Source: Oculina patagonica (taxonomy: Eukaryota). Taken from it: a DNA stretch of 64,000 nucleotides. Every line of letters starts with the position of its first letter. Within the stretch, counting starts at the first letter, position 1. Positions 22,802 to 50,500 of this stretch are shown here, piece by piece. The notes below the pieces were generated by a model. It was not told where the DNA came from and searched no databases. It worked only from the letters and a program-made list of their open reading frames with translations. A program made the position numbers and the translations under genes. The stretch covers positions 28,334,001 to 28,398,000 of the forward strand of contig NC_135758.1 of the NCBI RefSeq assembly GCF_052425735.1. Reading direction: 5' to 3'.

Positions 22802-24584
22802 CAGTGTCGTGTAGTGTGGCTCTACAAAAATAACAGGAATAAGTTTTGAGATATTCTGATCTTTGCTAGAGCATAAAAAAACATGTTTATACTGCAAATA
22901 GAAACCAAAAATTGCGTAGAAGAGGCCCAGCAAGTTTTACTGAGCTTGTAAAAAACATCTTTACTTAAATTTTTATATTTTTCGGACATAAACACAAGAT
23001 ATTTTCTTGTCAAAGAATAAGGCAAGGCATCAACTGGATGAACGGCACAGCGGTATAGTTCACAAGGTACTTCATATAATTATAATTACATGCAAATAAA
23101 ATGAAAGTAAGTGTGACTTCTGGTGAATGACTTATCGATCAGAACATGCACGTATGAAAACTTATTAAACTTTGCCACCTTGTAATTTGTTCTCATAATA
23201 TTTGGCGACCTGAAATTAACCTACACTGTACACATCTGGCAGGTAGTCAATAACAAACACAAACCAATAGTCAGCGAAGATTTGAATAATTTTCGGTAAT
23301 CATGTTTGACAAAATCGGTTACGAATAGCGAATGGCTGAAATGGCAATAAGGTGGCGTTGTAAGAGGCTCTTACGGTTTAACAACGCATCTTTTAAACGT
23401 CTCACCGCGAACGAAATACTTAAAGGTTGGCCTTATGAAGTTCTTATACAACCGTATAACTTACATTATCAAGTCACTCAGCGCTTGATCGACGTTTATA
23501 AGTTTGACAATTCAATCAAAATACTAACTGCACTAACACACTTGTGAATGCAGCAGTCGTCCCTGGTTACCTTCAGGTTACAGCCGGCTGACCTAAAGTC
23601 CGTCGTTTTTAAAAAGTCTTCTGAAGGATCCCTAAATCAGCGATCGCTGACCCTGTTAGTAGAGTACTTTTTGAACGTAAACCTTTGTCGACATCTTCAT
23701 CTCGAATCTTCAAATAACACACTCAACAGCCTGTGTTTGTCACGCTTTCAAGCATATTAAGTGGGTATGTATTGTTTTTATCGACGTCAGAATGTAAATA
23801 AATGCTCTCATTTGCATGAAGACAAAACCATCGTGACTACCCACCGTGGAATCGTAACTATGGAAACAATGAAACAACAGTGCATCTCAGGCTGAGTGCA
23901 TCTTTAACAAGTAATTTGCGTCTGTGGTTTGGAGTTCTTGAGAAACAGGACAATGTCTATTACGTATTCGGCGACTTGAATAGTTTTTTTTAGGGCCATT
24001 TTATGCCATTTGGACATGTTTTTAGTTTGTTTAGTTTTCTCAATGTTAGACTGTCTTATAGCCGACGAAAAGACAAGGTGCTATTCGAAATTAGAACAAG
24101 AGAAATTCACTGTCTTGGAACAGCTATCAAAATTAGCTAAAATTAATAAATGAATATTCAGGAGCTGCTGTGAGGCAGTTAAAGTTGTGAAACACAGCTT
24201 TATCGATCTTTGTGATTTAAACAGCAAAACGTTTTCCTGGCTGCTATCCAATGAAATAATCTGCGTTCAGAATCTTTCTCTGTTCAGCAAACCAGGAAAC
24301 GCGAAATAATGTATTTTTGCACGTCATGTCCGAGTACTCAAATTGACTGGCAACTGAATGAAACACAGGAAGTCAATGCCAAATGTCATTCATTTAATTA
24401 AACCCGATCCGCAAATCAACGCTCGCTTTTTCCCTTCTGATGACAATCAAGGAAAATAGCGGACATGATACATCCATGGTAGCATCTGAAAATACGGACG
24501 GAAGGAAAAGGTATGCTGTAAAAGGTATTTAACTCCGTAAGATACGTTTAAAAATTGTTTAATTGTAGTCAGGTGATGACATAG

Positions 24585-24880
24585 TTTGTTTGTGGTTTGA
24601 CGCCGAAAAGACGTTTCGGCTAGTGCTTTTTAAAGCCTTTGAGCTTCATCAGTGAAAATACTGAAACTGTTACACGCGATTTAAAAGAGCAACACGTTAA
24701 GAGCGCGCGCTGCAAAAATAAAGTGTAAAGTTCCAGAAAGACTGAACGTGGCGCGATACTCATGCGCGCGCGTGCCAAGGATTTGTAGACCTCTGGGATT
24801 GTAATGTGGTCGTTCCCAGAGTGCGGATCCTTAATTGACAACCAGGCTTCCAAAAAGAGTCGCTCGTGAAAATTGCGCTC
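24585..24880 (-). mobile_element. Penelope-like element 3' relic (GIY-YIG C-terminus plus degenerate hammerhead-like core)
   Basis: NFHERLFLEAWLSIKDPHSGNDHITIPEVYKSL followed by CTGATGA (24652-24646) and GAAACGTC (24617-24610). Confidence 0.65.
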
Positions 24881-27134
24881 ATGTCCAACCAGGTCGACAG
24901 CATTTCGGTGTACAGGTGCGGAAATTGCCTGTAGTCGTATTCGTACTCCGGAGAAACGGCAGGACTACCAGAGTGGAACAAAGATGTCGTTGACACTGTT
25001 AAACTGCACAGTCAATCTCAAACTTCGTTAACTCGAATTCCCGCTACAGTAGAAACCCGCTAGTAAGCTAATTTTTTAAGGTTAGCCTAAACAGGTTCTT
25101 GCATATAGGATAATTAACACAAAATTAGGTTTTTTAGGTTCTTAATAGGTTCTTATTTTCTAAAAAAGAATTACGTTATTGCTAATAGAATTTACGTGGT
25201 ATTCGGCCTATTTATTGGATAAAATTTGCATACCATATAAGTGCTTTTGGGAATTTTGTTATCGGTTACCTCACAACGACAGACGCGTGCTTCTATTTTG
25301 TCACGGTGGTCCATGTAAACAATCCTTAATCATGCATACACGGAAGTGGAAAATCTAGGTTCCTAAATTCTCGCCGAACAAATTCAGTTTTAAAAGCCTT
25401 AAAAGATCTTAGAAGTATTGATACAATGGAGAAACTATAGCAAGGCATCCCAAAGCTATTCTCTTCCGTTTTTCTGTTATATGCGGCGGCTTGTCAGATC
25501 TAAGCTTTGGCAAGGCACATTTAAGAATTTTGTATTTGACATATCAGGTAACAAGTTGTGCATTTGTAACCAAAGCTATGACATCACGTTCTTGTTCAAA
25601 AAACATTCCAGAAAATGCTAGTCAAATAACAGACACGGGCCGCAGAGAAGATAAATATGAACGTAGGTGCCTAATTTCTACCATATGAAATGATCTTGCT
25701 AGATAAAATAAACAAAAAATGACCGAACGGTGTAGAGTCATTCGATCTTGTTACCAGCCTCGAAGCAGACACCACCGGCTAAGGGAACTCACAACGTTCC
25801 TCGAAGGGCGAAACCATCAGGGCGCAAAACTAAATATGAATTAAACGTAGCTATCGTACGCTCTCTTGTTTGCAATTTTACGTAGAACAATTATAAACGG
25901 TGTCGTGACAATGTATTGGGGTATTTCGTGACTCAAATAATAAAAACATTCAACAGTTTACACTGTTTTGACAGTCGCTTCCCCTTTAACTGAAGCGGGG
26001 TCATGTGCGACTTGAATTTCACTCCGTTTAAAGCCAAAATTCCGTCAACAATTATTTCCTCACGGTGAAATACCAACCCTAACTCAGCAAAAACCATTCA
26101 CAGACATCGTGAGCTGTTGAAGAAACGGCGCTCTCTGTCTTTTCGATTGTACAAATCCGAGTGCTTTTGTCGAGATGTGCAGCTTGGAAACGTAGGATTG
26201 TTGCTTTTGAAAGCACATGTCAAACGAGGAACCAGATCTTGTCTCGTCGAATCGTCTAGTTTGTCTTTAGTTTGCGAGTGTGACTTACTGGATTGGCTAG
26301 CATCAAAACTGCGATTTTGAGACTCGTACACTGAGACTTTGAAGGTAATGTTAAAAAATCCTTTCTCGCAATTTTGCATAACTGTCATAACTGTTGTTGT
26401 CATTTTTCGGCAGAGTATTGAGTTATTTCCAACTGGTACCTTAGACCTTCCTCAGTTTTTTTCACCTTTAATTTCGATATTGGCCATGTATAGCGAAAAC
26501 ATTTCGATACTGCTAAAAAGAGCACATCCCGATTATTAAAATAGCGAAGTTTGTGACCCGTATCTTCCAAAGTCGCAAAGCTCTCCGCAAACTTTTCGAG
26601 TTACAGACGCTTGTATGCCGGGGGCAAGTTTTTGTCCGGAGCGCACACACGTCTGTCAAATCATTTAGCGACTTTGTAGAACCACATTTTCGCTATTTTA
26701 CAAGATATTACACTCAAACTTGGCCATTTTACAAATTTTAAGACACCCCTTCTAGCAACAGCGGTAGATTCTCGATTCTTTGCCAATATCTAAAGAAAAA
26801 TGGTACGATCTTTTTTAAAGTTGTAGCCTGCGAATACGGCCGCCTCTCATTCGCGTCCCGCAACGAAGAGCGAAACACGAAGAAAGACGTCAAAAAGTTG
26901 CGATGGCCTTCAAGTCTAAGAATCGTTATACTCGCATATTTGAGTAGTAGCACCGTGTAATGTACCCTGTATTATAATGATAAAGTTTTCTGCTATAAAC
27001 TTTTATTTTTTGTCCATCTTTCTCACGGTTCTTGTACATGCAATTGACTGGATTTTTCTAGTTTTAATTTAATATTCTCTATTATTTTATAGCATCTTCT
27101 TCCTTATTTGAAGTGGTTACATTTCCGCATCGAC

Positions 27135-41750
<14,616 letters not shown>

Positions 41751-43304
41751 TTTGTTTTTTATTGTTACAGTCCGGAGAACGAGTGTGAATTTCGGTAGTT
41801 AACTAAATGCGCGCGAATACTCGTTAAAAGAAAAACAAAACTGTTTTCAAAGAAACTTTCAAACGTGATTCGAGCTTAATTTGTGAACACAATCGAGCCC
41901 TGTATATACAGACATTAGAAGGCCAATAGAAAATTTCATTATTAGCAAGGTGTCCCTGTTAAGCCGATACTAGTCATTTAAGAGGAAATGCATGTAGGAG
42001 TTATTACTGTAATGTTTGTGATAACGGGGTGTCAGGAGTATTAGGCGGAGGTCTCGTAAGGCGGCGTTCGACTTTAATTATTTCTTCCTGAGTGAAATCA
42101 GAGTGTTAAATTTGCCTTCACTAAAATTCATTTTTTTATTCAGTTTTGTTTAGATAGTGTACAGGAGAAACCTTGTATTAAAGGTATCTATTTTAAACGA
42201 CTTCAAAAGTTAGAGACAATCCTTAAAAATTGCCAATTTTGTAAAGTGCTCACCAAATTTGAAATTAAAAAGCTAAATAAAGTTAAAAAACTATAGATAG
42301 ATAAATATATGCTTGAGTAGAATGAAGTTAATTTCGTGTGTGATGTAGTACGGTGTTATCGCGGCATAACCTAGGTTCGCGTCACTTTATTTTAAACTCA
42401 TTTCATCGATAAATGTGCACTTTTTTTTTCATTCGCCTTATTAGGATGGTCTGGCGTATTGATCAATTGACTACCCTACGGGTTTTGTCGCAGTTACACT
42501 GTCCAGGTTATTTTTATTGAAATATTCGTGTTCAGCACCAATAATTTTTAGAACTCTTGAAAGCTTTAAAATATAGTCGCAAACCGTTAAAATTGACGAT
42601 TGTTATGAAGTACAACGAAGCTAATAACAGACTAATTGTATTTGACTTATTAAACTAGACGAAAGTCTTCAAGGCATCATATCTCATAAACTGGAATGAA
42701 AGTCCTAATGTAAATATGCCGGGCTATTGTACGGTAAAGATTAGGTAATTGCAGGTTTCTTTTTCTAAGATTTGATAGTGTCGTAATAAATTTCCCTTGA
42801 TTAGTTAAGCTTTTAGTTGTAGAATTTTTTTATAAAAGACTGTCTTCATACTTCTTTAATTTCAAATAAATTTTTGTTAATAGCTGGTGTGAGTTTTTAT
42901 TTTACAGAATTATTAAAAGTGAAACTATTATTTGTTCATGGTTTTGTTTATTATGCTATACAGGTGGTAACTTTTAGACGGAGCCATTGTCATTCTGCAT
43001 ATGGTTCGCGGTGAGGTACATTTGTTTTTGCTCTTGACACAGTGGTTTGAACACTGGCCTAAATATTCAAGTTACTTGAACTTATTGAATCATTATTTTC
43101 ATGCCAAGTAGGTAATCTGTAGTTATAGTTACCGCGTTTATTTTAGATCGGTTTTCACTTGAGTGTCGAAAGTCAGAATTCGTAAATTACGATTAGTATT
43201 AGTATACTACGCTTAGTGATTGGTTTAAAAATCTCGCGATCGCGCCACATTCTTAACCAATCAGAAGTGAAACCACCAAAACCAATTTGCTTCTCCCTTT
43301 TTTC

Positions 43305-43343
<39 letters not shown>

Positions 43344-43970
43344 GTTTTGGTTTTTACGACACTCAATTGAAAACCGCTCTAGACCCTGGTTAGAGCGGCC
43401 TGCGTTATTACAATGATTTCTTTGGAGGGGACGAAATCTCGTCTCCGGATGTCGAGGTTGACCGGGAGTCTGTAGAGCGAAGTAACCATCTCGCGGTCTT
43501 GTAACGTTCATGAAATATCGTAGGAAAAGGCCTATTAAACGTTAAGATTTAAAGGAAATCCTCCCAAGGTTATCTTAGAAAAAAAATATTACTAGGCAAT
43601 GAAAATTATTTTAAGGTTTCTGAACATTAACATTATCCTGAAACAACCAAACGCTCAATTTTCAACTTTTTAATGCTGACTGCAACTAGAGGCTAAAATT
43701 TCCCGGCATTGAATGCCTTTTACTTCTATGAGACGCCAAGAGACTTCAAGAGACGTTAAGTTGGGTCTCTTGTTTGTTCGAATAATGAATAAAAAGGAGG
43801 GTGTTTTACAATCTGTTGACTGGTCTTCACATCAACACATCATCTTTGCTTCGAAAACACAATAGATCGGTAACAACCAGTCCGCATTGGGGCCGTGCAA
43901 TATGGCAACATTGGCAACATGTCTCCTGGTCTGCTGCCTGTAAGTGCCATATCATTCGAAATCTTGTTTT

Positions 43971-45286
43971 AGGCCCCTCCACCTGACGGGGAAAACGAGA
44001 GAAAACGCCGCGAATGCCGTCCACAGGGGAACGACATAGTAGAGAGGTCGAGGGAGTCAACAACCAGTGGCCCCTGCTTAAAATACACTATTCACGCTCC
44101 AAGTCCAAACGCTCATGGGAGGGAAGCCCGGGGACGAAAACGCCGCGGGGACGGGGCCAACCGGAGAAAAAAGATGCGTCAATTACCCGGGTCAGTGTGG
44201 ACGGGGCCTTAGACGTACAATAAGTCAATATTGCGTGCGCCAACACAAGATTAGTTCAAGGCAACCAGAACAGCAAAGAATGACAATAATTCCGTTGTAA
44301 TACGGTCATTGTCGTTGACAAAAAAGTATAAAAGAAGAGCTTTTTACAAACAACACTTCTAGCTTATTATTTGTCTTCTACAGATTGGAACGACCATTGT
44401 CATTTTCCAATCATAATTTGGCAACTTTTCCTAATTAGCATATCTACTTAATTAGCAAATAGTAGCTCTTATTTGAGTTGATCGTGATCAGTTTGCTTCA
44501 GCTTGTATAGTGGCCGATATTCTATAAAGGTAAGTCCATCCCTTAAGCTAATTTGAAGAAAATGTAGAATCATGCACTGGCCACGCTAGTTCGGTGACCG
44601 TGAACAGAAAGCACACCGCGGGTTTGGACTATAATATATTTTTCCGATTTGTTTTTAAAAACCAAAGCAACGTAACGGAGGATTGTTTTTTTTTAACGAT
44701 TGTCGTTGTAAAGTCTGTATATATATATAGGCCCCGTCCACACGTATCCGTCGTCGTTAGTTGACCGAAAACGTTTTTTTTTGATAGCGCTCGTCAGAGA
44801 AGAAAGTTTTGAAAATGCTGTTTTCGTGTTTGCGTATGGACGGTGACACGGAACTTTTTAAAAATCAATGACGTCACAGTATCTGATCTCGCGCCGGATA
44901 AGAATGACTTACGGTGGATTTCCACTGGCGTAATTTTACGAACGTTAACAGGCGTGAGTTGAATGGTTTGCGTGCGCCGACACAAGCCGTTTTCTCTATT
45001 TAATTTTACACACGCAAACCATTCAAATTCGCACGCGACAGTGAAAATCTACCTTTACAGCAAATCTTATGCTAATATTTCCTTGAAAGTAAAATGTTGA
45101 AGCTTGTTATCAGTGTTATTTTAGAATACGACTTAATCAGTAGGGCTTAGAAAGACCTCGGAGGTGCTAAGTTAGACAAGTGTGTAAAAGTGCTGCTGAT
45201 ACAACTTTGAAGACCAAACACTGAATCAGTGGAAGAGAGGGTAAATTCAAGAATGTTTCAAGGCACAGATACGTGTGGACGGGGCC
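43971..45286. mobile_element. Two Harbinger-type MITEs with GGCCCCGTCCAC termini (~43971-44208 and ~44730-45286)
   Basis: GGCCCC(G)TCCAC ... GTGGACGGGGCC ends. TTA flanks the first element. Confidence 0.65.
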
Positions 45287-47551
45287 TCAGTTAGAAATAT
45301 TTTACTATGCTGTAGGCTAGTTGCGCCAGGATAGAAAATCATTAAGATTAATTATGGAAGAAAGATTTAGAGCATTTGGCATATAACTAAAGTACTTTTT
45401 GGTTTTAATGTGGGACGTCTACTCAAATCGCGTCAAAATTGAGAGATGTTTGCTTTAACGAGAAATGAAAACCGAAGTGTCCGTAGAAAACCTTCTAAAG
45501 GCGAAAGGATCGGCAAACCTTGAAAAAAAAAAACTGTACACGACTCCCTACAGGAAAAAGGCTCCCTTGCAGCCGTTTTAGTGTCGTCACGCAACACTCC
45601 TCCTCGTTGTGAGCGTTGCGTGTCGACACTAAAAACGGCTGCGCGCGAGGGAGACTATGCAGGAATCGAACCCAGGCTATTTTGGTGGGAAGCTAGTGCA
45701 CACGCTGACCCTGCTGGTCCCCCGAAGGAGCAGGGAAAACTATGGGACAGCCGTTCTCGGCTCTCGTCACATGACACTCCATTGATATAAAACAAAAGAA
45801 AAATGACAGCTAGAGTTAGATGACAAATCATGAGTAGATGGCATAACTGCGATAAGATACTGGTTTTGTGGTGCACGTTTAAAAGTCTTCATTGTTAAGA
45901 CTGTTGTTATGAATCGAGTTCCGGTTGAAATAGAAAGGAAATGCTTAATTTTAAGTATTTCTTTTTCTGTCTGTATAAAAATAAACTCTTCAGGATGTGA
46001 TATTTTAAATATGACATTGCATTGTCAAACTTCCTTTGAAGTTTACGCAGGAGGCTTTCATTGCAGCTGTTTTGGGTAATCACTTTTGTACGCCGAAGTG
46101 AGTATTGGCTCTTTCTTTGTTTCTCAAAGTAGTTGAGCTCTGCAGTTCGTATGTACTTTTTCTTGTAATTATCAAGTAATTTTTCTGTAATCAGCTTGTT
46201 CACAAAGTGAACCTTCTATAATTCGTTGCTGACGACATGTCTACCACAACTCCTTTAGCTTCAGTGTAAATTGTAAGTGTATTTTCTTTTTTTAAAACTG
46301 TGCTCCTTCAATTTTTGTAAAGTTCGCTTTCACTGTCCTCAGTGCAATATTCTTTATCCTGCCACAAATGATTAATCTATTTTAAAATTTGATCTTTCAT
46401 TTGCCTCGTCATCTTGGTTACTTTTAGTTTTTGTGGTTTCTTACTTAAGGCTTCAATTTGCCAACCGTGAAAAGGTTAACCAATCCGATTGTATGTCGCA
46501 AACTCAAGCCGTAAAAGTTGGCAGAGTTTTAAGGCCCTAAATATTGTCTACAGTATGTCATTGTTAACAAGCATCCTTTTTGTCAATCATTCTCAGAATG
46601 GTGTTTACAAATGTTTGTTTATGAGACCACATACGTATTTTTTCTTTCTTTAGGACAATCTGGAGAATGTTTTTCCTCCAATCAATGTATAGCCATGACT
46701 ACTTGAGAATACAACCCACTACTTGATAGGCCATTGGTTGCCTCGCGCTCAGATATCTCCGCACCGTTTAGTTTTTGTTATGCAAATATATTTTCCTACA
46801 CGATAAAAGTTCGGACTGAAGGAAAATATTAGTGTGAGAGCGACTGGCCTACGGATTGACTGTAACGGTAAAACGAATTGGACATCGGATAAGGGGTAAG
46901 AGGTCGACTGTTTTATGCTGGTCGTGAACATACTGTCAATTTCCATGCTATACGTATATTCAGCTCGTTGGCAAAATAATTCTCAATTCTTGACAACAAA
47001 TTCGACACCTGTTCTTAGATCAAGTAAGTTTGAGAGAAACACAGCTCCCTTGAGAATATTTTCGGAAAAACAGAGGCAATTGTGATATTTTTAATACCGG
47101 ACGCCGTGATTAATTATCTGACTGTTTATAATTTCGCACAACTTGCCTAAAGATATCATACGTCAGGGACGGATAAATTGTGGTATTTTTACATACGTTC
47201 GGGACAATTTTGCATAACAAAGATTCCGTTTGTTGATTGATACGGGTTTCTGAACTTAGCAGGTGAAGATTTAGTAGAACTGAATGACACCAATCGAGGA
47301 AGTGTAATATTCTGTTCTGCAAAGAAAGCAACTGAAGGGTGCTAAACAGTATTTTAGCAACACTGAGGTAATCGCAATGAACTTGAGTTCTCAGTTAACT
47401 AAAACTTACCAAAGTTTCTTTAATGTCTTCGAGCGAATTCTTAGTATTATTGTTATTTTTTTTATTTTTAACTAACTTCTTATATGCACTACAAAGGAAT
47501 AGATTATAGTGCTTGAACAAACTAACCTTAAGCGGAATTTTCTTTCCACAG

Positions 47552-50500
47552 AAATCCGGAAAAGCTGTAAAATATGGAGTGCCAATCTCCCTACGCTTAT
47601 CGCTTGTTGGTTGCGTCTAACATTGCATGTCCTTGTTCTCTGGGATATAAGAGGTCAGTTTATTTGTGTGTTGTTTTTCTTGTCCTTTATCACAACAGTC
47701 TGTTAATAGACCTTGCATTTGGGCCATAAGTTCGATTCGTTTTATTCTGGATAAGAAGTTTTGTTTAGTACCACTTCTGGGGTTTTGCAACTGATAAGCG
47801 AATCCGAGGTTTACATGTAACAAAATGTTATCTTAGCTCTGTGTTTTGAGCATAGTTAGGCAAGTAACCTAACTTCATGGAGGACAACTGCTGTATTTCC
47901 CCAGGGAACATTTTACCCTCATAGTGCAGAGTAGTTGAGTGGACCTCGGTTAACTTGGCGAGATGCGTTATTTTGAGTGTTAAAAAATAAAGGATATGAC
48001 CTGTAGCTACAGTTAATTTAGCTGCCGGTACGAAAATTGTGCGCCTGCCGCAAGGGCTCCACAATCGTTCAGTCATTTTCGTGCATGATATATTTTGGAT
48101 CGAATTTACACCACCTGAAAGATTCAAAATCGCAGCTGATTCACCTTTCATTCTTTGAAACACATTTAGCTAAACATGGATGGGTTCTATTCACTTGAAG
48201 TTGTTCATTACGGTGAAATGGAAATCGCAGCTTATTTGAAACCTTTGTAGAATTAAATTCTTTATGGCAACTTATGTTATTATTAAGACAAGGAAAATCT
48301 TAAGTACAGTATTAAACCTAAAATAAATCGGTGAAATTATGAGAAAGTTGTAGGAATGACTGCAATCGCTTGCAATCTGTTCAGAAAGAGGAAAAGTTTA
48401 AAATAATTACATTCATAAATGTGCTGAATCACTCTATGTGGAGTTATGTTTTGGTGTCGGTATTGTTTATTCGTGTTCGTAAGTACGTCATAACAGCCCG
48501 CTGGATAAAGTGAAAAATTTACATGTTATATCCGAATCCATTATTTTACGTGTTGTCAGCCGTGATGAAGAAAACTGAAGAATAGAGACTTGTGACCTGC
48601 TCAAGTGTTGTATATCGAAAAGCTTTTGCCTTTTTATTCGTTTTCTTTCTTGCGTGTAGTTTTTTCGTGTGGTTTAAAACACCGCTCAGTGACGTAAAGC
48701 AACAGGACTTAGTTATAGACGAAAATATAACGGCTGGTTTTGCAGACTGGTCACGCACAGATTGGTACGCAGCATTCAGATGAGCAATTTCGTTTTTAGT
48801 AAATAATAAAGAGGGTAACTTTTAAGCTCCAGTCGGTGATAAATAATGAAGACGATTTTTTCAACAATGACACTGAGCCCCCGACGGGAATCGAACCCAT
48901 GGCGTCCCAGATACCGTTTGGGCGCTCTAACCATGCAACTGAGCTACGAGAGACTCGTGGTGAAATGGGCCATTTACTAGGTTGATATGTGACACGTGTT
49001 CTGCATACTGCTAGGATCAGCTATGTCGAAATCATCAAGTGTGCTAGTAAATAAAAGTAAAGATGGTATTTTTTTAAGCTCGGTGATTGTAATGAAGATG
49101 AATTTTTCAACAATGACACGAGCATGGAACAAAGAAAAATTCTGAGTCCCCGACGGGAATCGAACCCATGGCCTTCCATATACCGGTTGCAAGTCAGATC
49201 AGTCTAAAAATAGGAACTAAATGCGATATTCAATTTAGAACAGCATTTAATGGCTCTATCGATATTTATAGTCTTCGCCAATTCCGCTTGGATACAACAA
49301 CAACAATAACGGCCGCGACATTCACCATGGCGAAGTGCAAAGATATTGGACCGAGAAACTTCGGAGATACTTGAACTTAATATTCTGATGTCATTTGCTC
49401 AATCGGCAAGCTTATTGATACGCAAGTTATGACTTTCAGTGTAAAACCCTCAGTGACGCTGAATCAATTGCGTGCTAGATTACTGATTTTGGTCCGAATA
49501 TGAGTGTCAAGAGTGCAAATTGACTCTCTACCCTCACTTCCTAGGAACAAGACATATGTCAATTGACGTGTTAAAACAGATACTTTACGTATATAGAAAT
49601 AACGGATGTATTACTAATATCAGTATAGACCGCAAAGCCTACAGTCTAATACGGGCACTTGCGGTAAACACGAACAGGAAAAAAGAAACAATGGCACAGA
49701 ACAACACTTGAACGCAAAGAATACTGGACCTGCTTTTGCATTTGAAATGACGCAACGTACTTTTTCGATCACGATTCGCCTTCGGGCGATTCCTGTTTAG
49801 AAGTAAACAAAATTTTCAGTCTTAAACGTTTGTTTATTTTATTATTTCGTTGAGCTGCTAGAAGAAACGACGATCACGGAGCCAGGCTAACCATACACGT
49901 GGGAAATTTAAGACACCAACTAATTAGCATTTGCAAACTGTCGCTAGCAAAGTGCTTATTCCTGGCGTATGACAACTGCGCATTGAAGTTTCTGTATTTA
50001 TAATAGCTTAATAAAGAGCATGCACGGTTCATTTTTAGATTTGTAAATGCCTTCTTTCAATTCTTTCTTCTTGATACCTGGTTTTGAAAAAATGTACGGA
50101 CTGACTGACTGATCATGACTTACTTTCAGAATGATAGGACTGACTGTCTTATTGCTTGTCTGTCTGACCGACTGCCGGACTACCTTTCCGTCTGACTAGT
50201 CCCGACTATTATACGACTGAATGACTGACTGACTGACTGACTGTCTGTCTGTCTGTCTGACTGACAAAGAGACTGAGAAACGGACTGACTGACTGTCTGA
50301 CTGACTGATCGATGCCTGACAGACTGAGAGACTGACTAACCGACTAACTGACTGACTGACTGACAGACAGACTCGCTAATCTGTTGGCTGAATGTATCCT
50401 GTTACGCTCTCAGGTATTCTTTGCTGTAAGAATGACCCCAGTCTCTACTTCATCGACGACCATAGGATCAAATGTGCTGCCGTTGATTCTTTGGATCAAT

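Noticed and set aside
48875-49190. tRNA genes
   Set aside because: A B-box is present but there is no clean cloverleaf, and the motif is embedded in a tandem repeat.
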